NCBI GenBank assembly: GCA_965205505.1
Contig: CBDBHB010000008.1
Span: 192,001-256,000, forward strand
Direction of reading: 5' to 3'
Length of the DNA stretch: 64,000 nt
Source of the DNA: Acidobacteriota bacterium
GTDB lineage: Bacteria > Acidobacteriota > UBA890 > WLXD01
Made by a program: the position numbers and the translations under genes. Below are positions 42,743-53,840 of this stretch, in pieces (within the stretch, counting starts at the first letter, position 1; every line of letters starts with the position of its first letter). Under the pieces are notes generated by a model. The model was not told the DNA's origin. It saw only the letters and a list, made by a program, of their open reading frames with translations, and made no database searches.

Positions 42743-43381
42743 GTGCGAACCATTCTTGGCGTCGGCCTCACCGGAAACATCGGTGCCGGCAAGAGCACCG
42801 TCGGCGCGATGCTGCAGAGCGCTGGCTGCCTTCTCATCGACGCCGACCTTCTGGCCCGCGATGTTCTGGCGGCTGGCACCGAGGCCAATGACGAGGTGGT
42901 GGCGGTATTTGGCGAACGCGTCCGCGCCGCGGACGGCAGCATAGAACGGGCCGTGCTGGCGAGCATCGTGTTCGCCGACGACAGTGGTCGTCGGCGTCTC
43001 GAGGCGATCATCCACCCGCGCATTCCAACGCTGGAACGTGACCGTATTGCCGCCTGGGGAGTCGAGTGCGGGATCGCCGTCACCGAGGCCGCGTTGCTCG
43101 TCGAGACCGGAGGAGCAGCGCGCTACCAGCGCCTGGTCGTGGTCACCGCAGCGGTCGAGACGCGGTGGATGAGGCTGGTGGAGCGTGGCCTTGCAGAGGA
43201 CGACATCCACGGCCGCATGGCGGCCCAGATGCCCGAAGCCGAGAAGGTTGCGGTAGCCGACTACACGATCGACAACAGTGGCTCTTTGGAGGCTACCGCC
43301 AAGCTCGTGCAGGGGCTCCTCGTGGCGCTACGAGAGGATCTCGATAATCTGGTGGCCGGCATCAACCTGTCGCCGCGCTGA
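42743..43381 (+). CDS. coaE: Dephospho-CoA kinase
   Basis: GLTGNIGAGKSTV, IDAD, LEAIIHP, ALLVE, ADYTIDN. Confidence 0.93.
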   Translation: MRTILGVGLTGNIGAGKSTVGAMLQSAGCLLIDADLLARDVLAAGTEANDEVVAVFGERVRAADGSIERAVLASIVFADDSGRRRLEAIIHPRIPTLERDRIAAWGVECGIAVTEAALLVETGGAARYQRLVVVTAAVETRWMRLVERGLAEDDIHGRMAAQMPEAEKVAVADYTIDNSGSLEATAKLVQGLLVALREDLDNLVAGINLSPR

Positions 43382-43751
43382 GGATGTAGTCGGCACCGCG
43401 GTCGCAGCCCACCTCCACGGCAGTGATGCGATAGGCCTCGCCGCGGTTCTTACGCGCTAACCCGTGCAACAACCAGCGGGCCACCTGCTCGGCGGTTGCC
43501 GAGTTCTTGCCGAGCTCGGGGTGCTCCTCCAGAGCGGTCCCGCGCAGCTCGTCGAGCAGTTCCTCCGTCTGCCCGCGCAGCTTGCGGAAGTCGACCACGA
43601 TCGAGATTCGATCGAGCTCGGTTGATGAAGCCTGCACCACGACACGCCAATCGTGCTCATGCTCGGCAGCGCTGTTGCCGTCCGGTCCAACGCGATGGCG
43701 CGCGCGGAAGCTCGTCTCGATGCGTACGTCGAAGGTGGCTGCCCCGCTCAA
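43362..43751 (-). CDS. QueD/6-pyruvoyl-tetrahydropterin synthase-like T-fold protein (divergent)
   Basis: F.A.H, H.H.W.V.V, VVDF..L, TAE.VA; TTG start overlaps the upstream TGA. Confidence 0.72.
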   Translation of the reverse strand: MSGAATFDVRIETSFRARHRVGPDGNSAAEHEHDWRVVVQASSTELDRISIVVDFRKLRGQTEELLDELRGTALEEHPELGKNSATAEQVARWLLHGLARKNRGEAYRITAVEVGCDRGADYILSAATG

Positions 43752-44920
43752 TCCTGACGCTCCTCTCCCATGGTCTCCCAGGCGTGACAGTGCGGACATC
43801 GCGCAAACAGCTCGGCGCTCTTGAACCGGCATTGGAAGCAGACGTACGGATCGAGCAACCGGGCATCGTCGAGCGCCTCATCCAGCAACTCTATGAACTG
43901 CTCGATTCCCTCGCCTTCGAGGCGCAGCAATTCCCATAATTGACGCTGTACCGCGAGCGACCCGGGCCGCTCGCTGAGCGCCGCGCGCAACGCCTCGCGA
44001 GCGCCGGCGAACTCCCGGCGTTCGGTCCGAACACGCGCCAACTCCAGCCACGCTCGCCAGGCGCGAGGATCCCGCTCGAGGATCGCGTTGCAGGATCTCT
44101 CGAGAACAGCCTCATCGCCGAGCACTCGACAGGCGCGCCTCAGGACGGCCATCGCCGCTAGCGCCCACGGCGGCCCGGCATGGATCGCCTGCTCGAGGTG
44201 ATCCCGAGCCGCTTCGGCGCTGCCCTGCTCGAGCAGGCATGTGGCTAGCCCGATTCGAGCCGGTGCATAGTCGGGCCGCAGGTCAAGCGCGGCTTGAAAA
44301 TGCACCGCCGCCGCCTCCGGGTCATCGGCCCCCACCGCCCTGCCCCACTCTGTCTGCAGAGCCGGGCGGAGGTCCGGTTCCGCGCCGCGCGTCATCGTCT
44401 GGATGCGCTGGTGAAAGCGCTGTGCCTCTTCCCAACGTCCACTCTCCTCGGCGATCTGCTGCAGTGCCGTCAGAGCCGCGAGGCTTTCCGGCTCGGCATC
44501 CACGACCTCCTGGAAGGTGCTGGCGGCGCGATCGATCAAGCCGGCCCGCTTGAAGTCCATCGCCAACGAGAACAGCACTTGCGTGTGCTCCCACCGGGAC
44601 TGGTTCGGCCGGTGCAGGAGACTGCGGTGAACATCGATGGCACGCTCAGTTTGCCCGCTTTCGCGCAGCAGGTTGCCAAGTGCGAGGTACGCCTCGAGAG
44701 CATCGGTCTCGTGTCGCACGGCCTGGGAGAGCTCGCGAATCGCCTGGTCCGGCTGGTGCGACACCAAGAAGTTCAGGCCGAGCAGGTAGTGAGGCCGAGC
44801 GCCGGAGCTCTGGGGCGGCACCCGCGGCATCCGGAAACGCGCCCAGAGCTCACCGAGGAGCGCGCCAAGCGACAGCAGGGCCAGCGCAGCGCCAAGCGTC
44901 AGCGGCCAGTCACCCTGCAT
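43748..44920 (-). CDS. lapB: LapB/YciM-like TPR protein with a C-terminal rubredoxin-type CxxC...CxxC
   Basis: TM anchor, YLLGLNFL...QPDQAI, LGNLLR..G..ERAI..H, YVCFQCRF...CPHCHAWET; located among Kdo/LPS genes. Confidence 0.82.
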   Translation of the reverse strand: MQGDWPLTLGAALALLSLGALLGELWARFRMPRVPPQSSGARPHYLLGLNFLVSHQPDQAIRELSQAVRHETDALEAYLALGNLLRESGQTERAIDVHRSLLHRPNQSRWEHTQVLFSLAMDFKRAGLIDRAASTFQEVVDAEPESLAALTALQQIAEESGRWEEAQRFHQRIQTMTRGAEPDLRPALQTEWGRAVGADDPEAAAVHFQAALDLRPDYAPARIGLATCLLEQGSAEAARDHLEQAIHAGPPWALAAMAVLRRACRVLGDEAVLERSCNAILERDPRAWRAWLELARVRTERREFAGAREALRAALSERPGSLAVQRQLWELLRLEGEGIEQFIELLDEALDDARLLDPYVCFQCRFKSAELFARCPHCHAWETMGEERQD

Positions 44921-44953
44921 GCGTTGCTTCTCCTGGACATTGGCGCGGTCTCA

Positions 44954-45503
44954 CTAGTGGCCTGTAACAGATGATCGTTGCATATCGCAGATGGGATTTG
45001 CGGGTGAGATCAAGGCGCGGCGAGGAAGGCGATGCTAGCAGGCCGTGATGGAAGTGTGGTGGGTCTGGCAGGTGGGACTCACGGGCTAGGGCAAGGATCG
45101 ACGACGAGGCGATGTTGGAGCCATCGTCGAGGAGGAGAGACGCCGCCATCGCCCGTGACTCCCACTTGCCCTACGGGTTACGCCGCCAACGGCGCGTCTC
45201 CGGCGTTGCCGCTCCTAGACGATGCGCACGGGCATCGCCGGCGACGCGGCGCCTTGGATCTGCGCCCTTGGCGGCGTAACCAGACCCATCACACTTCCAT
45301 CACGACCTGCTGGGGCATCGTCGACGAGGCGCAACGCCGATATCGCCCGCAACTGCCCGTCTGTCCGCAGGATGGCGGCGAAATCGGCCCGTCTGCGGCG
45401 TTGCTCCTCCTCCAAGATGGGCAAACATCGTCTCGTCGTCGCGCCTGGCATCCGGACCCATTTCGCCACCACGATATGCAACGATCATCTGTTACAGGCC
45501 ACT
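44954..45503. mobile_element. MITE family 1, copy D (inverted near-identical copy of C), interrupted by a nested family 2 MITE; its right CTAG is split by the IS
   Basis: 44954-45034 and 45314-45503 match the reverse complement of 40631-40908; it ends ...TTACAGGCCACT, and the missing AG is at 46906-46907. Confidence 0.92.
45035..45313. mobile_element. MITE family 2, copy E (279 bp), nested in copy D
   Basis: CTAGCAGGCCGTGATGGAAGTGTGGTGGGTCTGG ... CCAGACCCATCACACTTCCATCACGACCTGCTGG. Confidence 0.88.
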
Positions 45504-45516
45504 TCTATGAGAAGGC

Positions 45517-45763
45517 GTAGTTCGGTCAAGGGCAATGTGGTGCCCAGCGAAGAATCGATCTGCACGCCATGCTCCTATTCGCACTCTGGTGGACGAGGAT
45601 TCAGGTCGTCCGGTGCATTCTGGGGTCCGTCCCGATTCGAGGCGCTGCAATCTAGCTGCCGAGCTCGAAGCTCGTAGTGACCTTCGCAGTCGCCCGGACC
45701 GGGCGGTCAGATCGATAACCGTTGGGTCGCGTCGCCCTACCGACCTCCTGGTTGCGGGTTAGT
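45517..45763 (-). ncRNA. Putative bridge/seek RNA of the IS1111-type element (boundaries approximate)
   Basis: Lies downstream of the transposase; contains CUGCGA-[AGGUCACUA]-CGAGCU UCG AGCUCG-[GCAGCUAG]-A-UUGCAG, whose loop arms match the reconstructed target AGGCCA-CT-AGCT. Confidence 0.7.
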
Positions 45764-46806
45764 TCATGCTGCTGAAACCTCTACAGGTGCGCGCAACGGT
45801 TCGTACTCGTCTCCACTCAGCCACAGTCGGTGCAGCACAACGGCGAGCTTACGGGCGACAGCAACTGCTGCCTTTTTGTTGCCATGAGGACCACCGCGTC
45901 CGGCCAGCTTGAGCCCCCAGCGTCTGAGCTCAGTATCGGGCCCGAAGGGGCCCAGGATGTAATGCGCCGAGCCCACCAACAGGCGTCGGAGCATTTTGTC
46001 GCCCGCCTTGGTTATTCGTAGCGCAGGGTCCTTGTCCCCCGACTGCCGTTTCTTCGGTCTCAGTCCCAGGTACGGGCCCACGGCTCTGGAGGTATTGAAC
46101 CGCTCCGGCTCCTCGAGCGTCAGCACATACGCCAGTGCGGTCAGAGCTCCGACCCCGGCCACTTGCTGGAGCTGCTGTGTCTCCGGGTATCGCCCCTGGC
46201 ACAGCTGCACGATCTGACGCTCGTATTGCTGGATGTTGCCCGTCAGCATGGCGATCGTTTCAAGCACCGGCTCGAGCGCTCCCTTGAGCCGCTCCGGTAT
46301 GTGCTCTGGCGCGGTGCGCGCGAACGCCGGCGTCGAGCACCTGGGAATACGACAACCGGCCGACTTGACCGCACCACGCACATGGCTCACCAACTGCGTG
46401 CAGCTCTTTACCAGAGCATCTCGGCTCCGAATCACGGCTAGATCCGCTCGCGCTTGTCTGCCTCGATGCTGCACCGTCTTAAGCAGCTTTGGGTCCATTC
46501 TGCCCACTCGTGCCAGGTGCTCGGCATCCAACCGGTCGGTCCGTGCTCGCCATAGATCAGCTTCAGCCGCCTCGGGTTAGCCACCAGCACCTCATGACCC
46601 AGTTGCTTCAACTGCTCACTCATCCACGGCGAGCGCGTTCCAACCTCCAGCACTACTCGAGCGGGCTCCTCGCACCCGAACCGCCTCGCCAGCCCCTCCG
46701 GGCTCGTCCTCACCCGCCCTTCCTCCATCACCCTGCCCTTACTGTCGAGCACGCACATACGGCTGTACCGGTCGCTTACGTCCAGTCCAATCGTTACACT
46801 TGTCAT
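45764..46806 (-). pseudogene. IS110-family transposase/recombinase, frameshifted at ~46541-46545
   Basis: GLDVS..VLEVG..VANP in one frame, TDRLDA..LAR and GVG...YLGL.P...QSG...ITKAG..LR.LL...A.VAVARKLA in another; total length is 3n+2. Confidence 0.88.
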
Positions 46807-46807
46807 C

Positions 46808-46891
46808 GGCCAACCTCCTTGGGCTTCGAGCCCGTTACGTTTGAAGAAACGTTTGCAGAGCCGTCAGGCTACTGCGTTCAGGAGGTTGGCC
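46808..46891 (-). promoter_or_regulatory. 12-bp inverted repeat able to sequester the transposase RBS
   Basis: GGCCAACCTCCT (46808-46819) / AGGAGGTTGGCC (46880-46891); the minus strand of the first arm contains the AGGAGG 7 nt before the ATG. Confidence 0.6.
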
Positions 46892-46908
46892 TTCTCATCT
46901 CATCTAGC

Positions 46909-47508
46909 TCACGGCGCATCCGCATCGGCGCCGGGCGCCGCCGACTGGCGGCGAAGATAGTCTTGCAGCACGCAGCTCCAGAGATCGCGAGCGGTCACGA
47001 CGTCGTCCACCACCTCGCGCAAGGCGCCCCGTCCTCCAGCCGACGCGGTAACCCAATCAGCCACCTCAAGAATCCGAGGGTGTGCGTCGGCCACCGCAAT
47101 ACCAACACCGACGTGTCGCATCACGGCCAGATCAACCAGGTCATCCCCCAGGAAGGCTACCTGCGATGCTTCAAGCCCGAGCTGCCCCTGCATCTCCAGA
47201 CAGGCTCCGACCTTGTCGAAAGCTCCCTGCCGGAGCTCGAGCACGGGCAACTCCGAGAAACGCCGAGCGACAGCGGCCGATTCGCGTGCCGTGACCACCG
47301 CGATATGCAGATCGATAACCGTAGCGATATAGAAGGCGCTGCCATCGCGAACATGGAACGTCTTGGCTTCGCAGCCCGCTCCGGCATAGACGATCGAGCC
47401 GTCGGTCAACACGCCATCGACGTCGGTAATCAGCAAACGGAGCTCACGCAAGCGATCCTCGTACGCTTGCCTGGAGAGTCTAGTGTCCTGTAACAGACGT
47501 TCCACCAC
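46909..47508 (-). CDS. kdsC: Kdo 8-phosphate phosphatase (alternative TTG start at 47451)
   Basis: DVDGVLTDG, FHVRDG, FLGDDLVDL, GGRGALRE. Confidence 0.92.
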   Translation of the reverse strand: MVERLLQDTRLSRQAYEDRLRELRLLITDVDGVLTDGSIVYAGAGCEAKTFHVRDGSAFYIATVIDLHIAVVTARESAAVARRFSELPVLELRQGAFDKVGACLEMQGQLGLEASQVAFLGDDLVDLAVMRHVGVGIAVADAHPRILEVADWVTASAGGRGALREVVDDVVTARDLWSCVLQDYLRRQSAAPGADADAP

Positions 47509-47518
47509 GGCTTGCTAG
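47480..47518. repeat. 39-bp chimeric remnant: family 1 left end joined to family 2 right end, at the kdsD stop
   Basis: CTAGTGTCCTGTAACAGA-CG-TTCCACCACGGCTTGCTAG. Confidence 0.8.
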
Positions 47519-48507
47519 ACCATCTGTGTACGCCACAGGTCGTGCAAGTGCACGACACCAACGGCGCGTCGATCGCCACCGCCGACGACCAGCACGGTAA
47601 TCCTGCTCTCCTCCAACAGCCGCAACGCCTCCGGAGCCAGGGCATCGGCAGCAATCAGAACCGGATTTGGCGTCATGCATTCGCGCGCCAAGCTGTCGAT
47701 GTCGATGCCGCTCTGAACGATACGCCGAACGTCACCATCGGTGATGATGCCGGCGACCCTACCGTCGGCCGACTCCACCAGCGTCATGCCGAGACCCTTG
47801 GCGGTCATTTCCTCGATCGCCGCGGCGAGTGAAGCTGTCTCGTCGACGCGCGGCACCTGATCGCCCGTGTGCATTACCGTGCGCACGCGCAGCAAACGAC
47901 GACCCAGCGATCCCTTCGGATGGAAACGGGCGAACTCCTCAACCCCGAAGCCCCGCTCCACGAGCAGCGCCATCGCCAAAGCATCGCCAAGCGCCAGAGC
48001 TGCCGTGGTCGACGCGGTCGGGGCGAGTCCCAGCGGGCACGCCTCGGCATCGACGTCGATGCGCAGCACCACGTCTGCCTCGCGAGCGATGGTCGAGCCG
48101 GAATCGCCGACGATGGCGATCAGCCGGACGTTCAGGCGCCGAATCGCAGGCAGCAGCGCGACGATCTCGCCGGTATCGCCACTGTGGCTCAGGGCGATGA
48201 ACACATCACCGTCGACGAGCATACCCAGATCACCGTGGCCGGCTTCCGCAGGGTGGAGAAAAAACGCCGGGCTGCCAGTCGATGCCAGCGTAGCTGCGAG
48301 CTTTCTGGCGATGATTCCCGACTTGCCCATGCCCGAGCACACGAGGCGCTTATCGCATGCAAGCAGCAGATCCAACGCTCGACCCAGCGCCTCCTCGTCG
48401 AGCCCGTCCGCGAGCTTCTCCAACGCGCGAGCCTCGGTCCGCAGTACCTGCCGCGCCATCTCCAACCCGGCGCGGCGGGCAGTCGTGCCGGTACGTTCTG
48501 CGGTCAT
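47515..48507 (-). CDS. kdsD: Arabinose-5-phosphate isomerase (KpsF/GutQ)
   Basis: GMGKSG, HPAEAGHGDLG, EACPLGLAPTASTT, FHPKG.LG, CBS pair. Confidence 0.95.
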   Translation of the reverse strand: MTAERTGTTARRAGLEMARQVLRTEARALEKLADGLDEEALGRALDLLLACDKRLVCSGMGKSGIIARKLAATLASTGSPAFFLHPAEAGHGDLGMLVDGDVFIALSHSGDTGEIVALLPAIRRLNVRLIAIVGDSGSTIAREADVVLRIDVDAEACPLGLAPTASTTAALALGDALAMALLVERGFGVEEFARFHPKGSLGRRLLRVRTVMHTGDQVPRVDETASLAAAIEEMTAKGLGMTLVESADGRVAGIITDGDVRRIVQSGIDIDSLARECMTPNPVLIAADALAPEALRLLEESRITVLVVGGGDRRAVGVVHLHDLWRTQMV

Positions 48508-48508
48508 C

Positions 48509-48534
48509 CTAAGCAGGCCGTGGTGAAAGTGTGG
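48509..48534. repeat. Family 2 end remnant encoding the last residues and stop of kdsA
   Basis: CTAAGCAGGCCGTGGTGAAAGTGTGG compared with CTAGCAGGCCGTGGTGGAAGTGTGG. Confidence 0.7.
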
Positions 48535-49339
48535 CGGCTCGGATCCTTATCAGCTTCTCGAGCAGTGGTTCGAGTCGTTCCAGCGGCAGCTGCGTGCTGG
48601 CATCGCTCAGCGCGGCCGGTGGGTTGTCGTGGACTTCCAGGAACAGGACGTCGACTCCGGCCGCCACGCCTGCGGCCGCGAGCGGCTCGACGAACTCGGG
48701 CTCTCCGCCGCTGCTCTCGCCTTGGCGGGCCGGGAGCTGCAAGCTGTGCGTGACGTCGAGAACTACGGGATAGCCGAGTCCGGCGAGAAAGCTCAAGCCC
48801 TTGAAGTCGACAACGAGATTATTGTAACCGAACGATGTGCCTCGCTCGGTGACCAGCAACGCCTCATTGCCCGTGGACGCCGCCTTCTCGACAACCCTGC
48901 TCATGTCCCAGGGCGCCAGAAACTGTCCTTTCTTCAAATTGACTGGACGGCCGGTCTGGGCCGCGGCGAGAACCAGGTCTGTCTGCCGGCACAGAAACGC
49001 CGGAACCTGTAGGACGTCAACGCACTCCGCCGCCGCGGCCGCTTGCGCCGGCTCGTGCACGTCGGTGAGCACGGGAAGGCCGACAGCGTCGCGAACCTCG
49101 GCGAGGATTCGCAGCCCATCGTCAGGGCCGGGCCCGCGATACGTAGAAACCGACGTTCGGTTGCCCTTGTAGTAGGAAGCCTTGAACACGCACGGGATCC
49201 GCATTCGCCGGCTGATGTTGGCCACCGCTTCGGCCATACGGAGACAATGCTCGCGACTCTCGATGACGCACGGGCCGGCGATCAGCCCGAGGTTGCCCTC
49301 GCCGAAGACTACGCCGTCGGCAACCGTCACCGCGCCCAT
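48509..49339 (-). CDS. kdsA: Kdo 8-phosphate synthase
   Basis: IAGPCVIES, KASY.K.NRTS, PAFLCRQTDL, KKGQFLAP, ERGTSFGYNNLVVD. Confidence 0.96.
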   Translation of the reverse strand: MGAVTVADGVVFGEGNLGLIAGPCVIESREHCLRMAEAVANISRRMRIPCVFKASYYKGNRTSVSTYRGPGPDDGLRILAEVRDAVGLPVLTDVHEPAQAAAAAECVDVLQVPAFLCRQTDLVLAAAQTGRPVNLKKGQFLAPWDMSRVVEKAASTGNEALLVTERGTSFGYNNLVVDFKGLSFLAGLGYPVVLDVTHSLQLPARQGESSGGEPEFVEPLAAAGVAAGVDVLFLEVHDNPPAALSDASTQLPLERLEPLLEKLIRIRAATLSPRPA

Positions 49340-49345
49340 CCCGGG

Positions 49346-51836
<2,491 letters not shown>

Positions 51837-51844
51837 AGCCTCTC

Positions 51845-51953
51845 CTAGTGTCCTGTAACAGAGGTTCGTTGCATATTGTGGCGCGCGCGACTGAGTCGAA
51901 TCCAAGGAGGCACGACGACGGCGATGCTGAGCGTATCGCAGCCGTGGTGAAGG
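51845..51953. repeat. Truncated family 1 MITE (left ~97 bp of copy A) followed by a family 2-like fragment
   Basis: CTAGTGTCCTGTAACAGAGGTTCGTTGCATATTGTGGCGCGCGCGACTGAG...GGCGATGCTGAGCGTATCGCAG then CCGTGGTGAAGG. Confidence 0.85.
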
Positions 51954-51974
51954 TACACCGACGACTGAGGCCTC

Positions 51975-52901
51975 TCAATCCACCGGCGGCACTCGCAGCG
52001 TCAACGCCCCTGGCAGTATGGAAAAGTGCCCCGGCAGGCGCCCCTGCACCTCGCCGTCGGTCTCGACCAGAGCATCGCCCTGGAGCGTGAAGCGCCGCCC
52101 GCGCACCACGCGGATGGCCGGATCCACCAGGCTGCCACCGCGCAGCGCCTTGACGAGCAAGCCCGGGATCCTGGACACGTGTATGGCATCGATCAGCGCC
52201 ATATGTAGCAACCCATCGTCGTGCCGAGCCTGCGGACAGGGGCGCATCCCGCCCCCGAACGAGGGTCCGTTGCAGATCGACACGTTGAGGAGGACGGCGC
52301 GACCCGAGCCCACATCACCATCCCAGACAAACTCGGTGCGCGCGCCGCGCACGACAGCAGGAACGGCTGCCAGCAAGTAGGCTGCTGCCCCGAGCCGACG
52401 CAAGGTTGTCGAGCCGCTCACCCGCTCGGTCACTACCGAGCCCAGCCCTGCATTGGCATCGTTGATGAAGTAGATACTCGTTCGTCGCTCCCCCTCCCCG
52501 CCCGACGATAATTCCGCCACTCCCACGTCCAGCGAGAGGCGTTGGTAGCGAGACAGGGGGACCTCGAGCGCAACTTCTGCCGCGGCGAGAGGGAGAGACC
52601 GGGCCAGGTCACAGCCGGTACCGAGCGGCAGACACAGTAGGTCCGGGAGGCCGTTCGTACCTGCTTTCATCAGTCCGTTCACAGTCTCGTGCAGTGTACC
52701 GTCGCCGCCAGCGACGACCACAAGCTCAGCCCCGTCGCGTCGCGCCTGTTCTGCAAGCGTCACCGCATGCCCCCTGCTGGAGGTCCACCGTACTTGGCAG
52801 CCTGGTGCCCACTTGTTCAGGCGCGGCCGCAGCCGTTCGAACGCACCACGTGCCGCACCACCCCCAGCGGCGGGGTTGGCGATCACCACTACCGATGACA
52901 T
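51975..52901 (-). CDS. Diacylglycerol kinase family (YegS/DgkB-like) lipid kinase
   Basis: NPAAGGG, GGDGTLHE, PLGTGCDLAR, FGGG, DGE. Confidence 0.88.
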   Translation of the reverse strand: MSSVVVIANPAAGGGAARGAFERLRPRLNKWAPGCQVRWTSSRGHAVTLAEQARRDGAELVVVAGGDGTLHETVNGLMKAGTNGLPDLLCLPLGTGCDLARSLPLAAAEVALEVPLSRYQRLSLDVGVAELSSGGEGERRTSIYFINDANAGLGSVVTERVSGSTTLRRLGAAAYLLAAVPAVVRGARTEFVWDGDVGSGRAVLLNVSICNGPSFGGGMRPCPQARHDDGLLHMALIDAIHVSRIPGLLVKALRGGSLVDPAIRVVRGRRFTLQGDALVETDGEVQGRLPGHFSILPGALTLRVPPVD

Positions 52902-52936
52902 GTCAGCATCACCCGACTCCGCCGGCTGGCGGTTTC

Positions 52937-52965
52937 TTGACAGCTTTTCGGCACCGGCCTATCGT
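52937..52965 (+). promoter_or_regulatory. Candidate sigma70 promoter
   Basis: TTGACA-N17-TATCGT about 100 nt upstream of the ATG at 53070. Confidence 0.6.
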
Positions 52966-53069
52966 AGCCGCGCTTTGCAGCGGGGACGAAGGAATATCGA
53001 GGGTAGGAGCATCGCTCGATCAGTCCGCAGAACCCGTCCGCCCGACGATCCGCGACGCACTGGGATGAC

Positions 53070-53807
53070 ATGATCAGCGAGGGACTCGGACGCGGCGGGA
53101 CGGCGCTCAAGCGCGCCATCGCAGCGGTTATCGGGGGGTTCGGAATCCCCCCGAACGTTCTTACGCTCTCGTCGCTGATCCCGATGATGATCGCTGCGTG
53201 GAACCTCGCGCAGGGTCGGCCATTCGCTGCTGCCGGGTGGATTGTTCTCGGGGGCGCGCTAGACCTCATCGACGGGGCCGTGGCGCGCGCCTCCGGCACG
53301 GCGACCGAGTTCGGTGCCGTGCTCGACTCAGTGGTAGATCGAGCCTCGGACACGCTCGTTCACATCGGCGTCGTGTATCACTTCCACACGCTGGGCGAGC
53401 CGCTCTACGTCGTGCTCAGCGCTGTATCGTTGGGCGGCTCCCTGGGCGTCTCCTATACGCGTGCGCGGGCCGAGAACGTGATCCCGGAGTGCCGGGTCGG
53501 GTTCACCGAGCGCGGCGAGCGGCTCGTGCTCTTGATGCTCGGGCTGTTCGCGGGGCGGCTCGCGCAGGCCGTGACGCTGCTCGCCTTCCTGGCGTGGCTG
53601 ACCACTGTGCAGCGCTTGCTGCACGCGTATCGCATTCTGCGGCGGCGGCAATACGGTGCCGACGACGGTGCGCAACTGCCGCAAGGGCTCGAAGCGTGGG
53701 GAACCGTGGGGCGCTGGGTGTTCCTGAACTGGCCGCGCGGATCGTGGCAATACGACCTGGTCTGCACCGCGATCATCGTTGCGTTGCTCATGCTGCCGGG
53801 CATCTAG
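53070..53807 (+). CDS. CDP-alcohol phosphatidyltransferase family
   Basis: PNVLT, DLIDGAVAR...FGAVLDSVVDRASD, SYTRARAE, ERGER. Confidence 0.9.
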   Translation: MISEGLGRGGTALKRAIAAVIGGFGIPPNVLTLSSLIPMMIAAWNLAQGRPFAAAGWIVLGGALDLIDGAVARASGTATEFGAVLDSVVDRASDTLVHIGVVYHFHTLGEPLYVVLSAVSLGGSLGVSYTRARAENVIPECRVGFTERGERLVLLMLGLFAGRLAQAVTLLAFLAWLTTVQRLLHAYRILRRRQYGADDGAQLPQGLEAWGTVGRWVFLNWPRGSWQYDLVCTAIIVALLMLPGI

Positions 53808-53840
53808 CAGGCCGTGGTGGAAGCGTGGCGGGCCTGCTAG
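53804..53840. repeat. Collapsed MITE family 2 element (37 bp) between convergent genes
   Basis: CTAGCAGGCCGTGGTGGAAGCGTGGCGGGCCTGCTAG. Confidence 0.8.

Larger units (their letters stand above)
45504..46905 (-). mobile_element. IS110-family element, IS1111 subgroup
   Basis: CT at both junctions (45502-45503, 46904-46905); subterminal IRs ATGAGAAGGC (45507-45516) and GCCTTCTCAT (46889-46898); DEDD transposase; non-coding region downstream of the transposase. Confidence 0.9.
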
